DNA of 64,000 nt, taken from the NCBI GenBank assembly GCA_963734545.1, contig CAVTHO010000005.1, positions 686,633 to 750,632 on the forward strand. The letters run 5' to 3'. Made by a program: the position numbers and the translations under genes. Under the pieces are notes generated by a model, which was not told the DNA's origin, ran no database searches, and worked only from the letters and a program-made list of their open reading frames with translations. This document shows positions 18,070-28,928 of this stretch, piece by piece. Origin of the DNA: an uncultured Spirochaetota bacterium. GTDB lineage: Bacteria; Spirochaetota; Spirochaetia; SZUA-6; Fen-1364. Within the stretch, counting starts at the first letter, position 1. Each line of letters opens with the position of its first letter.

Positions 18070-19557
18070 ATGCGGCAGTATCGCGCCTCAGTTCCCGCAG
18101 TCCTCATCGCTCTCCTGCTGTCTTCAGGTCCTCTGCATGCCGCCGACGTGCCCTCCCTCACCTTTTCTCCCGAGGTGTGGAAATTCGGGATGATCGCGCA
18201 AGGGGCGCGAATCGAGTCCACGGTCGTGGTGGCCAACCATTCCCGCGCGCCCGCAACAGTGACCTTTGTGTCCACCTGCTCCTGTCTCACCGTCGAGCCG
18301 AACAGCCGGCTCATCGCCGCCGGCGGCGAAGCGAGCTTCCGCCTCGGCTACGATTCCACGGACGACACGGGAAACACGGCCAAGGCATTCATCGTCCAGA
18401 CAGATGTGCCCGGCATGGAGCGGCTTCCTTACATTCTCCGCGGCACGGTGCGGGCAGAGCGCCCCGCACCTGCTCCCGACGGATCCAGGACCCGGCAAGG
18501 CTCAGGGGCCATTGCCAATCCCCCGCCGGGGAGCACGACGCTGCAGTACTACTACACGCCGGGATGCCGCAGCTGCGAAGAGTTCCTCTCCACGGAGGTG
18601 CCCCGGCTGGAGAAGGAGCTGGGCCTCCACATCGATATCCAGAGGAAGGACATTCTGGACTCCGCGGCGTACGAGGAGCTTTCCTCATTCGCTGCTTCCC
18701 AGGGGCAGAGCGTACGGGCAATTCCCGCTCTTCGCGTCGGCATGACGCTCCTGCAGGGAGACCAGGAGATCCGCGCAAAGCTGGCAGAGGTCCTGACATC
18801 CACCCTGCCGGCGCCGGCCCCCGCCCCTGCAGCTTCTACGCCGCTCGCCGACCGACTGGCGGTCTTTCCCGTCATGGCGGCCGGGCTCCTCGACGGAATC
18901 AACCCCTGCGCGTTCACGACCCTTATTTTCCTCCTGGCGTCGCTTGCGCTTGCCGGGAGGGGAAGGCGGGAAGTGCTGGTCATCGGCATGATGTTTTCTC
19001 TGGCGGTTTTCCTCACGTATCTGGGCATCGGTCTTGGCTTGTTCGCAGCCCTGCGCGCCGCGAGCGCCGTGGCTATTGTTTCGGTTCTCCTTCGATGGGT
19101 GCTGGTGATCGCGCTGTTCGTCTTTCCCGGGCTCAGCATCTACGACTATACCCTGATCCGCCGCGGCCGCCCTGCCGAGATGCTGCTGCAGCTTCCCACC
19201 GCGCTGAAAAGACAGATCCATTCCTCCATCCGCACGAGGGTGCGCACAGCCGCGCTGGTGGGGAGCTCCCTCGTGCTCGGCTTTCTTGTTTCCATTTTCG
19301 AGTTTGCGTGCACCGGCCAGGTGTACCTTCCCACGCTGGCATACCTGGCACGCGTGCACCGGCAGCTCGACGCCGTCGGCCTGCTGGTGCTGTACAATCT
19401 CTGCTTCATCGCGCCGCTCCTGCTCGTCTTTGGAGGCACCTACTGCGGCGTGAGCTCCGCCCGCATCACCGCTTTTTTCCAGGCGCACATGGGGAAAGTG
19501 AAGCTCGGCCTGGCGGCAGTGTTCGCGGGACTGGCGGTCTTCACTCTTGTCGGATGA
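18070..19557 (+). CDS. DUF1573 + thioredoxin-like + CcdA/DsbD-type transmembrane fusion protein
   Basis: Signal peptide; STCSCL; YTPGCRSCEE; GLLDGINPCAF and FEFACTGQVY transmembrane cysteines. Confidence 0.75.
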   Translation: MRQYRASVPAVLIALLLSSGPLHAADVPSLTFSPEVWKFGMIAQGARIESTVVVANHSRAPATVTFVSTCSCLTVEPNSRLIAAGGEASFRLGYDSTDDTGNTAKAFIVQTDVPGMERLPYILRGTVRAERPAPAPDGSRTRQGSGAIANPPPGSTTLQYYYTPGCRSCEEFLSTEVPRLEKELGLHIDIQRKDILDSAAYEELSSFAASQGQSVRAIPALRVGMTLLQGDQEIRAKLAEVLTSTLPAPAPAPAASTPLADRLAVFPVMAAGLLDGINPCAFTTLIFLLASLALAGRGRREVLVIGMMFSLAVFLTYLGIGLGLFAALRAASAVAIVSVLLRWVLVIALFVFPGLSIYDYTLIRRGRPAEMLLQLPTALKRQIHSSIRTRVRTAALVGSSLVLGFLVSIFEFACTGQVYLPTLAYLARVHRQLDAVGLLVLYNLCFIAPLLLVFGGTYCGVSSARITAFFQAHMGKVKLGLAAVFAGLAVFTLVG

Positions 19558-19641
19558 GAACCCTTTGAATATGCTGAAAGAGGGGGTAGACGCCGGGTCC
19601 CGGACGGGGGCCGATTCCCCCGGTCAGGCGAGAGCTCTCTC

Positions 19642-22600
19642 ATGACGATAAGAGGCGATCTGAGTCTGGAGATCGACGAGCAGGGCATCGAGGTCCGCAT
19701 CACGATCGTTCCAGATGAGAATGGCGCGGAGATCTCACCGGAAAGCCTTCAGGCATTGCTTGCGGAGAAGAAGGTGCGCTCCGGCATCGACTCCGAGGCA
19801 ATCGACAAAGCGTTTCGTACACTTCTGCGGAAGAAAAACGACCCGGTAAGCTTCATTGCCGCCGCGGGCACACCGCCCCAGCTCCCGACACCCGAAAGTG
19901 TCCAGTTCGAGATTTCGTCCATCCCGCCGCGGCTTGCGCTGATCGCGCGGAGCGTTCTGGCGGCCGCGCCGCAGCCGCGCGGCTTTCGCGTCCATGAAGC
20001 GAAGATCAGGACGGAGAAGAAAGTACTCAAGAAGGGGGCCCTGCCGTTCCTTCGGGGCAGGGAGCAGGTCGAGGTCGTTGTAGAGAAGAAAACCGTCCGC
20101 GAAGAGGTCGAGATCGACCCCACCGTGACGGAAACAGGTTTCGTCGGTCAGGGTGATCTCGTTGCGCGGGTGCAGCCGAGCAAGCCCGGCAGAGAGGGCA
20201 GGAGCGTGTTCGGGAGGCTCGTTCCTGCCCCCCGTCCTGATATGCAGGGCTGGCTGTTCTGTGACGGGCTTATGCGCACGGGCTCCGAGGCGCGGGCGAC
20301 CGTCACCGGCTTTCTGCGCAAAGGCGCGAACTGGTGCGATGTGGTGGCATTTCGAGATCATGCCATCGAGCTTGTCGCTTCGCCTGATCACCTGACGTGC
20401 CTGCTTTCGCTCGTTCCGGGAGATCCGTCCGTTCCCGCGCCCGACGTCACGGAGATTCTCGATCGCGCGCAGAAGCTTGGCTTTTCTCCGGAAACCCTGA
20501 TTCCGAAGCTCCAGATCGAAGGCATCATACGGGATGCGCTTGCGCGCAAGAGCCCGCTCGTACGAAAGCCGATCACACCGACGGCAGACGGGCTGGCGAC
20601 CGTCACCGTGTCTCCGGACAAGCTCAAGGCCGTACTTCACCTGCGCAAGGGCATGGGAGGCGGCAGGCCGCTCAGCCCGGCAGACGCGAGCGCCGCTATC
20701 CGGAAGAGTGTCGTGAAGGGATTCAACCTGGAGACGGTGCAAAAGGATCTCCGCGCCTTTTTCGACGGGGCGACGATCGAGCTCGCCGACTACCCTCTCG
20801 TGCAGGGCCGGCCTCCGAAACCGGGTGCGGAACCCAGGCTCGAATGGCGTGCGCTGTTCCTTTCCACGGGGGAGGCCAACAAGATCAGGGCCCAGGCCCT
20901 CGTGAATGCTGCACACCTCACGGGTCTCGAATCCCTTTCCGCGTTTCCCCTGGAGAGGGTGGAGGCCGTGGCGCGGGTGAAGCCCGAGACGGAAGTGCTG
21001 AAGATCGCGCCGTCCGTCGGGGGCGAGCCCGGCGTCGATGTGTTCGGCGCCACGATATCTCCGCCCAAGGGCACCATGCCGGACGTCCGCCTTTACGAGG
21101 GGCTCGCTCTGCGCAGGGACATGGTGGTGGCCACCGAGTCCGGCATTCTCGAAAAAGGGAGTGACGGTATGGCGATTCTTCTCCGGGTGCGCCCCCACGG
21201 CGACGCGGAGTTGAATGTCTCCATCTCCGCAGACCGCATGAAAGCCACGTTGTCCTATTTCCCTCCGCAGGGCGATGGAGTGCGGATTTCCACGCAAGAG
21301 GTGAGAGCAAGGATCGGCCAGGCGGGTGTCCGCAAGGGGATCAACGAGGAACGACTGCTTTCTGTGCTGGAAAGCATTGCCCGGTCCGAGACCCTCAAGG
21401 AGGTCCTGATTGCGGAGGGAAAGAAGCCGATGCAGGATGCGCAGAAGCGCATCGTTTTTCACGTCCATATTGCGACTGGGCAGGCCGTCGCTCTGCGGGC
21501 GGACGGCAGGGCGGATTTCCGGGCCCAGGATCGGATCACCCGGGTCAGCAAGGGAGAGCTTCTTGCGACTGTGAGGCTTCGCGATGCCGCCTCCGAGGAT
21601 GGATGGGATGTGACGGGCGCGCCGATCGCCCCGCCCCCGGAGGAGACCCTCAAGGCGGGACGCAGGGTGCGGGCAGAGGTGCAGACGGATGGCAGCGTCC
21701 GGTTCGTCGCAGAGAGTGACGGCGAGCTGATCCGGGACGGCAGTCTCATATCCGTGATGGATGCACACACCATTCGTGGCGACGTCGACATGTCCACGGG
21801 CAACGTGAACTTTCCCGGAATCGTCCACGTCACCGGCTCGATCACCTCCGGTTTCACGGTTATTGCGGGAGGCGTCCTGGAGGTCGGCGAGGGGGTGGGA
21901 GGAGCCCTGCTCTCCTCAGCAAGCACGATCACCGTGGCTGAAGGCATCAAGGGCGAGGGGAAAGCAATCCTGCGTGCCGGGAAGGACATCGAGAGCGGCT
22001 TTGCCGAGCAGGCGGTGCTGCTCGCCGTTGGTGACGTCCACCTCCGGGGCGCGTGCGTGCGCTGCCAGGTCAAGTGCAATGGAAGGCTTCTCCTGGACTC
22101 GGAAAAGGGCAGTCTCGTGGGGGGAGAAGTCCGGGCGAGCCGCGGGGTCGTGGCACAGAATATCGGCTCCCCCGGCGGCACCCGCACCGTCATCTCTTTC
22201 GGACAGGACTTCCTCGTGCGGGACCAGATCGAACGCGAGGAGCAGCAGGTCGCCCTCCTGGCGAAAAAAATCACCGACCTGGACGCGGCCATGCTTATAT
22301 TGCAGAAGCGGGCGCGCCAGACCGCCGGGGCAATCGCCGGTACTCAGACGCGGAGCGGCGCGCATCCGAATGCCGCACGCCCGCAGCAGCAGGATGCCGA
22401 AGCGCTGGCACGGGCGCGGTCCCAGAAGCTGACGTGCATGAAGGTGATGGAGCAGCGCAAGCTCCGCCTGATCGGGCTTCGCGACAAGTTCGACGAGCAC
22501 GTGCCCTCGGAGGTCGTGGTGCGCGGCACCCTCTATCCCGGCGCGATGCTGGAGTGCCACGGCCGGCGGTACGAGGCGAAAACAGAAAAGAAGATGATCA

Positions 22601-22647
22601 CCCTGCGATTCGATCCGGCGCAGGGACGGATCGTGGAAAAGATATGA
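19642..22647 (+). CDS. FapA/DUF342-family flagellar assembly protein, long multi-repeat form
   Basis: Repeated V/ISxDxxxA modules, GDVDMSTGNVNFPG, GSLVGGEVRA, coiled coil, GTLYPG. Confidence 0.85.
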   Translation: MTIRGDLSLEIDEQGIEVRITIVPDENGAEISPESLQALLAEKKVRSGIDSEAIDKAFRTLLRKKNDPVSFIAAAGTPPQLPTPESVQFEISSIPPRLALIARSVLAAAPQPRGFRVHEAKIRTEKKVLKKGALPFLRGREQVEVVVEKKTVREEVEIDPTVTETGFVGQGDLVARVQPSKPGREGRSVFGRLVPAPRPDMQGWLFCDGLMRTGSEARATVTGFLRKGANWCDVVAFRDHAIELVASPDHLTCLLSLVPGDPSVPAPDVTEILDRAQKLGFSPETLIPKLQIEGIIRDALARKSPLVRKPITPTADGLATVTVSPDKLKAVLHLRKGMGGGRPLSPADASAAIRKSVVKGFNLETVQKDLRAFFDGATIELADYPLVQGRPPKPGAEPRLEWRALFLSTGEANKIRAQALVNAAHLTGLESLSAFPLERVEAVARVKPETEVLKIAPSVGGEPGVDVFGATISPPKGTMPDVRLYEGLALRRDMVVATESGILEKGSDGMAILLRVRPHGDAELNVSISADRMKATLSYFPPQGDGVRISTQEVRARIGQAGVRKGINEERLLSVLESIARSETLKEVLIAEGKKPMQDAQKRIVFHVHIATGQAVALRADGRADFRAQDRITRVSKGELLATVRLRDAASEDGWDVTGAPIAPPPEETLKAGRRVRAEVQTDGSVRFVAESDGELIRDGSLISVMDAHTIRGDVDMSTGNVNFPGIVHVTGSITSGFTVIAGGVLEVGEGVGGALLSSASTITVAEGIKGEGKAILRAGKDIESGFAEQAVLLAVGDVHLRGACVRCQVKCNGRLLLDSEKGSLVGGEVRASRGVVAQNIGSPGGTRTVISFGQDFLVRDQIEREEQQVALLAKKITDLDAAMLILQKRARQTAGAIAGTQTRSGAHPNAARPQQQDAEALARARSQKLTCMKVMEQRKLRLIGLRDKFDEHVPSEVVVRGTLYPGAMLECHGRRYEAKTEKKMITLRFDPAQGRIVEKI

Positions 22648-22661
22648 GCCAAGGAGGGGCA

Positions 22662-23684
22662 ATGCTTTCCTATATCAATTTTCCCTCGTGGATTCGACCT
22701 GAAATCATCCCTTTCCTTCCCATCCGCTGGTACGGTCTCATGTACCTCTGCGCGTTCGTGGTGGCCTACCTGCTGTTCACCTGGCAGCTGAAGGATCGGA
22801 AAATCGCGGTCAGCAGGGACTCTGTCCTGGACATGTTCTTCTGGGCCATCGTCGGCCTGCTGGTGGGCGCGCGCGCGTTTGCCGTGACCATCTATGATTC
22901 GACCGGTTACTACCTGCAGCATCCCCTGCAGATCATCCTGCCGTTCTCCGTCGAGGACGGGAAGATCAGGCTCACCGGCATCGCCGGCATGTCCTATCAC
23001 GGCGGCGTGGTGGGCGTGACAATCGCGGTCATCACGTATCTGAAGGTGAAGAAGCTGGACGTGCTGGAGTGGGCGGACATGCTGGTGGCGGGCATCCCGC
23101 TGGGATACACCTTCGGCCGTCTGGGCAATTTCATCAACGGGGAGCTCTACGGCAGGATCACGACGGCTCCCTGGGGCATGGTTTTCCCTCACGCGGAGAG
23201 CTTTCCTGTCAGCCAGCCATGGGTGAAAGACTTTGCCTCGAGTGTCGGTCTGCCCGTGCCTTCGACGGGCTTGATGAATCTGCCCCGGCATCCCTCGCAG
23301 CTGTATGAAGCGCTGTTCGAGGGCCTCGTGCTGTGGCTCGTGCTCTGGTTCATCGTGCGCAGACGCAGCCCCTACAAGGGGTTCACCACCGCCTGCTACA
23401 TCATGGGCTACGGCATCATCAGGTTTTTCATCGAGTACGCGAGACAGCCGGACAAAGGCATCGGTCCCGGCGGTTTCGGCTACCCCATCGTCCTCGTGCC
23501 GCTGGACAACTACTACGCCCAGTTCAGTCCCTTCAACTTCACGACGGGGCAGATCCTGAATGTGCTGATGATCGTGGGGGCCCTCATCGCCATGGTGGTG
23601 TTCCGGGCCCGCGCGCAGCGGCAGGCGCAGATCCCGGACGCGCCTCATCCCACGGGGCGAAAGCTCCGCAAGAAACTGAAGTAG
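22662..23684 (+). CDS. lgt: Prolipoprotein diacylglyceryl transferase
   Basis: IRWYGLMY, GMSYHGG, GRLGNFINGELYGR, RHPSQLYEA; AGGAGG RBS. Confidence 0.95.
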   Translation: MLSYINFPSWIRPEIIPFLPIRWYGLMYLCAFVVAYLLFTWQLKDRKIAVSRDSVLDMFFWAIVGLLVGARAFAVTIYDSTGYYLQHPLQIILPFSVEDGKIRLTGIAGMSYHGGVVGVTIAVITYLKVKKLDVLEWADMLVAGIPLGYTFGRLGNFINGELYGRITTAPWGMVFPHAESFPVSQPWVKDFASSVGLPVPSTGLMNLPRHPSQLYEALFEGLVLWLVLWFIVRRRSPYKGFTTACYIMGYGIIRFFIEYARQPDKGIGPGGFGYPIVLVPLDNYYAQFSPFNFTTGQILNVLMIVGALIAMVVFRARAQRQAQIPDAPHPTGRKLRKKLK

Positions 23685-23766
23685 GAAGCCCGCAGGCGCG
23701 CTCGCGCGCGTGCGCGCGGATGGAAACCCGCAGGCGCGCAAGTTCGCGCGCGAGCTCGCGGATGGA
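23684..23766. repeat. Two imperfect tandem GC-rich units of about 38-42 bp
   Basis: GGAAGCCCGCAGGCGCGC at 23684 and GGAAACCCGCAGGCGCGC at 23722; both units end CGCGGATGGA. Confidence 0.6.
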
Positions 23767-23797
23767 TTGCTCAGCCCTGCACCGTTCGCTATATTGA

Positions 23798-24973
<1,176 letters not shown>

Positions 24974-24987
24974 AAGAGGAACAGAGA

Positions 24988-25950
24988 ATGGCGAAGTCTG
25001 ACCTTATCGGCGGCACATTGTGGGAAAGCTATTCGGGCAAGGTAAATGACCGTATGCTGCATCCCCGCCATCTCGGAGAGATCACGGCCGCGGAGGCGGA
25101 GAAGCTCAACGCGCGGCTCGTGGTCGCGGATTGGGGCGCCGAGGTCTGCGGAGACGCCATTCGCGCCTTCTGGGCGGTTCGCGTCTCGGACGGGAGAATC
25201 CTGGACGCGAAATTCAAGACATTCGGGTGCGGCACGGCCATCGCGTCCAGCGACATGATGTGCGAGATGATCATCGGCAGGACCGTGGACGAGGCAATGA
25301 AGATCACCAACATCGACGTCGAGCGGGCCTTGCGCGACGTCGAGGACACCGCCTCGATCCCGCCCCAGAAAATGCACTGCAGCGTCATGGCGTACGACGT
25401 CATCCGGAAGGCGGTTTCCGAATACAAGGGAGTGGACATGGACTCCCTGGAAGAAGAGCAGATCGTCTGCCAGTGCGCCCGGGTGAGCCTGCGCACCGTG
25501 AAGGAGGTGATCCGCGTCAACGACCTGCGGTCCGTGGAAGACATCACCCGCTATACCAAGGCGGGCGCCTTCTGCAAGTCGTGCATCCGGCCCGGCGGCC
25601 ACGAGGCGCGCAAGTTCTACCTCGTGGACATACTTGCGGAAACCCGCGCGGAGATGGAAAGGACGGCTGCTGTGCGCGCACAGCCGAAGAGCTTTGCCGA
25701 CCTGGGGCTGCTTCAAAAGCACAGGGCGGTCGAGAAGGTACTTGACGAGAAGGTCCGGCCCAATCTCCTCAAGGATGGCGGAAACCTCGAGGTCATCGAC
25801 ATGAAGGATGCCGACGGGTTCACCGAGGTGTACGTCAAGTATCTTGGCGCCTGCCAGGGATGTCCGAGCGCGTCCGTGGGGACGCTGGACTATATAGAGG
25901 GTTTTCTCAAGGCAGACCTCGATCCCAGAATTCGTGTGTTTCCCGTCTGA
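24988..25950 (+). CDS. nifU: Three-domain Fe-S scaffold NifU
   Basis: IscU domain (VCGDA, FGCGTAIASS, KMHCS), BFD-like CQC...AGAFCKSC, Nfu domain (DGGNLE, GACQGCPSA). Confidence 0.93.
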   Translation: MAKSDLIGGTLWESYSGKVNDRMLHPRHLGEITAAEAEKLNARLVVADWGAEVCGDAIRAFWAVRVSDGRILDAKFKTFGCGTAIASSDMMCEMIIGRTVDEAMKITNIDVERALRDVEDTASIPPQKMHCSVMAYDVIRKAVSEYKGVDMDSLEEEQIVCQCARVSLRTVKEVIRVNDLRSVEDITRYTKAGAFCKSCIRPGGHEARKFYLVDILAETRAEMERTAAVRAQPKSFADLGLLQKHRAVEKVLDEKVRPNLLKDGGNLEVIDMKDADGFTEVYVKYLGACQGCPSASVGTLDYIEGFLKADLDPRIRVFPV

Positions 25951-26032
25951 CTCTTTGTACTTGACATTTTGGATATTTCATGAATACTCTGCTTGTGATA
26001 TAAATCCTCCCAAAGTGACCTAGGAGGGGTGG

Positions 26033-26935
26033 GTGCTGCCTATCCTGCTTGCACTCTTGATTGCCTCTTTCTCTCTCGGGATCGCTGTCCTCATCCTCAG
26101 CATTCTTTCCTTCCTGAGGTCGGGCCGTCTCCCATTCCGGCAATTTGCCTTCTTTTTCTGCGCGGTGCTCCTCTTCAACCTCCGCGACATACTCGGGCTT
26201 TACGAAAGGGCGTTTGCCGGAGTTTTTGGGAGCGCGCTGCCGTTCATCGGGATGATCTTCTCCGCGGCGGGCAACGGCCTCATGGCGTACATGATCCCCG
26301 TCATCGCGTTCAGCATCACCAACCGCGAAATCTCGCAATCACGTTTCGGGGTCCATGTGTTCGCGACGCTGGCGCTTTCCGTACTGGGTGCCTTTGACAG
26401 CCTGTTTCCCGACTCCTTCATTCACCCATTGAATTCCGCAGCGATCGCCTGCATCCAGGTGTACGGAATGGCGATACTTTTCCGGGATTTCAGCCGAATC
26501 GAAAATCCGGTTGTTCGATCATTCGTGCGTACCGGCCTCATATTCAATTGCGTGATGATTGTGCTTGCGCTGGCTCAATACTTTGTACGCTCGCTCCGGG
26601 TCGACCCTCCCATCCTGCGCGACTATGGATTGATCGAGGCTGCCTGGTACCTCGGCGCTGAAACGCTGCTGCTTCTATTTGGTCTGAGATATCTGTTCAA
26701 GACGGAAGTCAAGCTGGCCTGCGATCTACCGGAAAATTTCGTTCAAAAGTACGGCATATCGCCCCGGGAATGCGAGATCGTCTCAATGATGGTCCAGGGC
26801 TTTGGCAACAGGAAGATCGGTGAGACGCTATTCATTTCAGCGCTGACCGTGAAAAATCATGTCCATCACATTTATCAAAAAACCGGTGCCACGAACAAAA
26901 TCCGGCTCGTCAACTTGATAAACTCGTCAAAATGA
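26033..26935 (+). CDS. Membrane-anchored LuxR-family regulator (multi-TM sensor + HTH)
   Basis: About 7 hydrophobic segments, then ISPRECEIV...GFGNRKIGETLFISALTVKNHVHHIYQKTG; visibly lower GC than its neighbours. Confidence 0.85.
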   Translation: MLPILLALLIASFSLGIAVLILSILSFLRSGRLPFRQFAFFFCAVLLFNLRDILGLYERAFAGVFGSALPFIGMIFSAAGNGLMAYMIPVIAFSITNREISQSRFGVHVFATLALSVLGAFDSLFPDSFIHPLNSAAIACIQVYGMAILFRDFSRIENPVVRSFVRTGLIFNCVMIVLALAQYFVRSLRVDPPILRDYGLIEAAWYLGAETLLLLFGLRYLFKTEVKLACDLPENFVQKYGISPRECEIVSMMVQGFGNRKIGETLFISALTVKNHVHHIYQKTGATNKIRLVNLINSSK

Positions 26936-26994
26936 GACTTTTGGACTATTGCGCTTCGCGTGGGTCCATGCATAATAAAGGCATAAAGTAAGAG

Positions 26995-27095
26995 CGCCAG
27001 CAGGAAGGTATTTTAAAAAGTCAAATTAAAAGTGGATCAAAAGGCAAAAAGTATTTCGATTGTAAAAGCGGGGTACTTTCCTGCTGGCGGTTTTT
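26995..27095 (+). ncRNA. Candidate small RNA or long-loop hairpin element
   Basis: 16-bp inverted repeat (26995-27010 / 27074-27089, 15/16 match) enclosing a 63-nt A-rich loop, followed by T5; TTGCGC-N16-CATAAT upstream. Confidence 0.35.
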
Positions 27096-27123
27096 GGAAA
27101 AGTTTTCTCTGGTTTTCGATTCC

Positions 27124-28127
27124 CTACTGTCCCTGCAGCAATTCCAGCATTGCCGCAATGTTCTCCGGCCGGGCGTCTCTCGGTATGTCGTGCGCGGGCG
27201 CGGCAATATAGCCGCCGCCTTTGCCAATACGCTGGATGAGGCGGGTGACCTCATCCTTCACCTGCGTCACTGAACCATAGGGAAGAGTCTTCTGCGTGCT
27301 GATCCCCCCGAAGAAAGTCATCCGCGCGCCGTGCCGCTGCTTGATCCCCTCGACATCCAGCACCTCGGGCTGAAAAGGGTTGAACGCGTCGACGCCGCAC
27401 TCGATGAGGTCAGGGAAGAGCTCGTCGACCTTCCCGCAGCTGTGGATGAATACCTTTTTGCCCCGGGACTTCACCAGTCCGTACAGTTTCCTGATCCGCG
27501 GCTTGATGAACTCGCGCCACAGCGCCGGACCCATGATCACACCCCGTTGGTGCCCCCAGTCGTCGCCGAACCGCATGCCGTCAATGTCGAAGCTGAGCGC
27601 CGTGCGGGTCACGGCGAGCGCGTGCTCCAGGATGGCGTCCAGCAGGTCGTTGATGAACGCCTTGTCATCCATCATGGCAACCAGGACGTTCTCCATCCCG
27701 GCAAGGGTCCACGCGCGCTCGAACAGCGAGAATCCCAGGGAGGCAAGCACAAATTTTTCCCCCGCTGCCGGATCGCCGAGGGCAGTCCGGCAAAGCGCGC
27801 AGGGTCCTCCGGATCCGGAAACACGTACTGCCGGAACGTCTCCGGGGTGATGCGGATGTTGCAGACGCTGCCGATGTCCGTATCGATCGACTTGTCCCAC
27901 TGTACGCCGAACTCGTCCACCTCCACTCCGGGCCGGCCGGGCACGCCGCGCTGCGGAGGCGCGGTGTCGACGAGGACCAGGCAGTTCTGCAGCCGGGACT
28001 CGAAATCGGGATCTCCATAGTACTCGATCATCTTCCGCCGGGCCGGTGCCGTGAAGGTAACGTGGTAGGGGGTGACGTCGGGCTGCCGGTGCTCCAGGGA
28101 CGCAATGACGCGCTCACGCGGGGTCAT
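27124..28127 (-). CDS. Uroporphyrinogen decarboxylase (URO-D/MtaA-CmuA)-family protein, frameshift near 27765
   Basis: MTPRERVIASLEHRQPD, DEFGVQW, FGDDWG, FIHSCG, GGISTQKTLPYGS, GGYIAAPAHDI. Confidence 0.85.
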
Positions 28128-28272
28128 GGATGTCATGTGACTCATGAGAGTAGCGGAAAGTCTCCCCGGTGGACAGGCCGGGTTTCTCACCGACGGCACG
28201 CCCGCCCTGCTTGACCGGATCGTGCGGAATGCCGACCTTACTAATCGCGCACGCTCACGAGAAGGAGGGGGT

Positions 28273-28917
28273 ATGGGTAAGATTGCCGGCGTCGTGGGGC
28301 TGCTCCTGCTCATTGCCTGCGGTGTCGCATTCTCTGCCGACAATGCGTCCATCATCTATATCGAGGGAGATGTCACGCTGAACGGCGCGCCCGCCTCCGT
28401 GGGTGATGCCGTTGCGGCGGGGGCAACGCTCCGGACCTCCCCTGGCTCGCTCTGCCAGGTCGTCTTCAATACGCGGAACATCGTCCACATGACCGGCGAC
28501 ACTGTTCTCCGGTTCGATCCGAATCAGCTTTCCCGCGGAGCAACCCTCGAGAAGGGGGCAATCGCCATGGTGCTCCGCAATCTCTCTGCGGTAAGGGGCA
28601 GCGAGGTTCGATTCAGCATCAAGACCTCGACCACGGTCGCGGGGGTGAGAGGGACGTGCTTTTTCGTGAAAGTCGAGGACCCCGACAACACTTTCATCTG
28701 CTGCTGCAATGGCGCCATCCGCCTGGAGGGTGACGGGGGAGCGTTCTCGCAGAACCTTACATCGCCCCATCACCAGGAGGTGCGCGTGACGCGCGCCCCG
28801 ACCGGTCTTTCCGTCGGCGCCGCCCCGATGCTCTACCATTCCGACGGAGATGTCGAGGCGATCGCCGCACGAATCGGCGAGAAGATCGACTGGACAAAGG
28901 TGGACCGCCAGCCCTGA
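28273..28917 (+). CDS. Exported FecR-domain protein
   Basis: Signal peptide; IEGDV, LRTSPGS, TSTTVAGVRGT; GAAGGAGG RBS. Confidence 0.8.
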   Translation: MGKIAGVVGLLLLIACGVAFSADNASIIYIEGDVTLNGAPASVGDAVAAGATLRTSPGSLCQVVFNTRNIVHMTGDTVLRFDPNQLSRGATLEKGAIAMVLRNLSAVRGSEVRFSIKTSTTVAGVRGTCFFVKVEDPDNTFICCCNGAIRLEGDGGAFSQNLTSPHHQEVRVTRAPTGLSVGAAPMLYHSDGDVEAIAARIGEKIDWTKVDRQP

Positions 28918-28928
28918 TCCCTCCCCCG

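Noticed and set aside
27124-28127. hemE (haem biosynthesis)
   Set aside because: Motifs fit the broad URO-D/methyltransferase-like family common in anaerobes; no hem genes nearby
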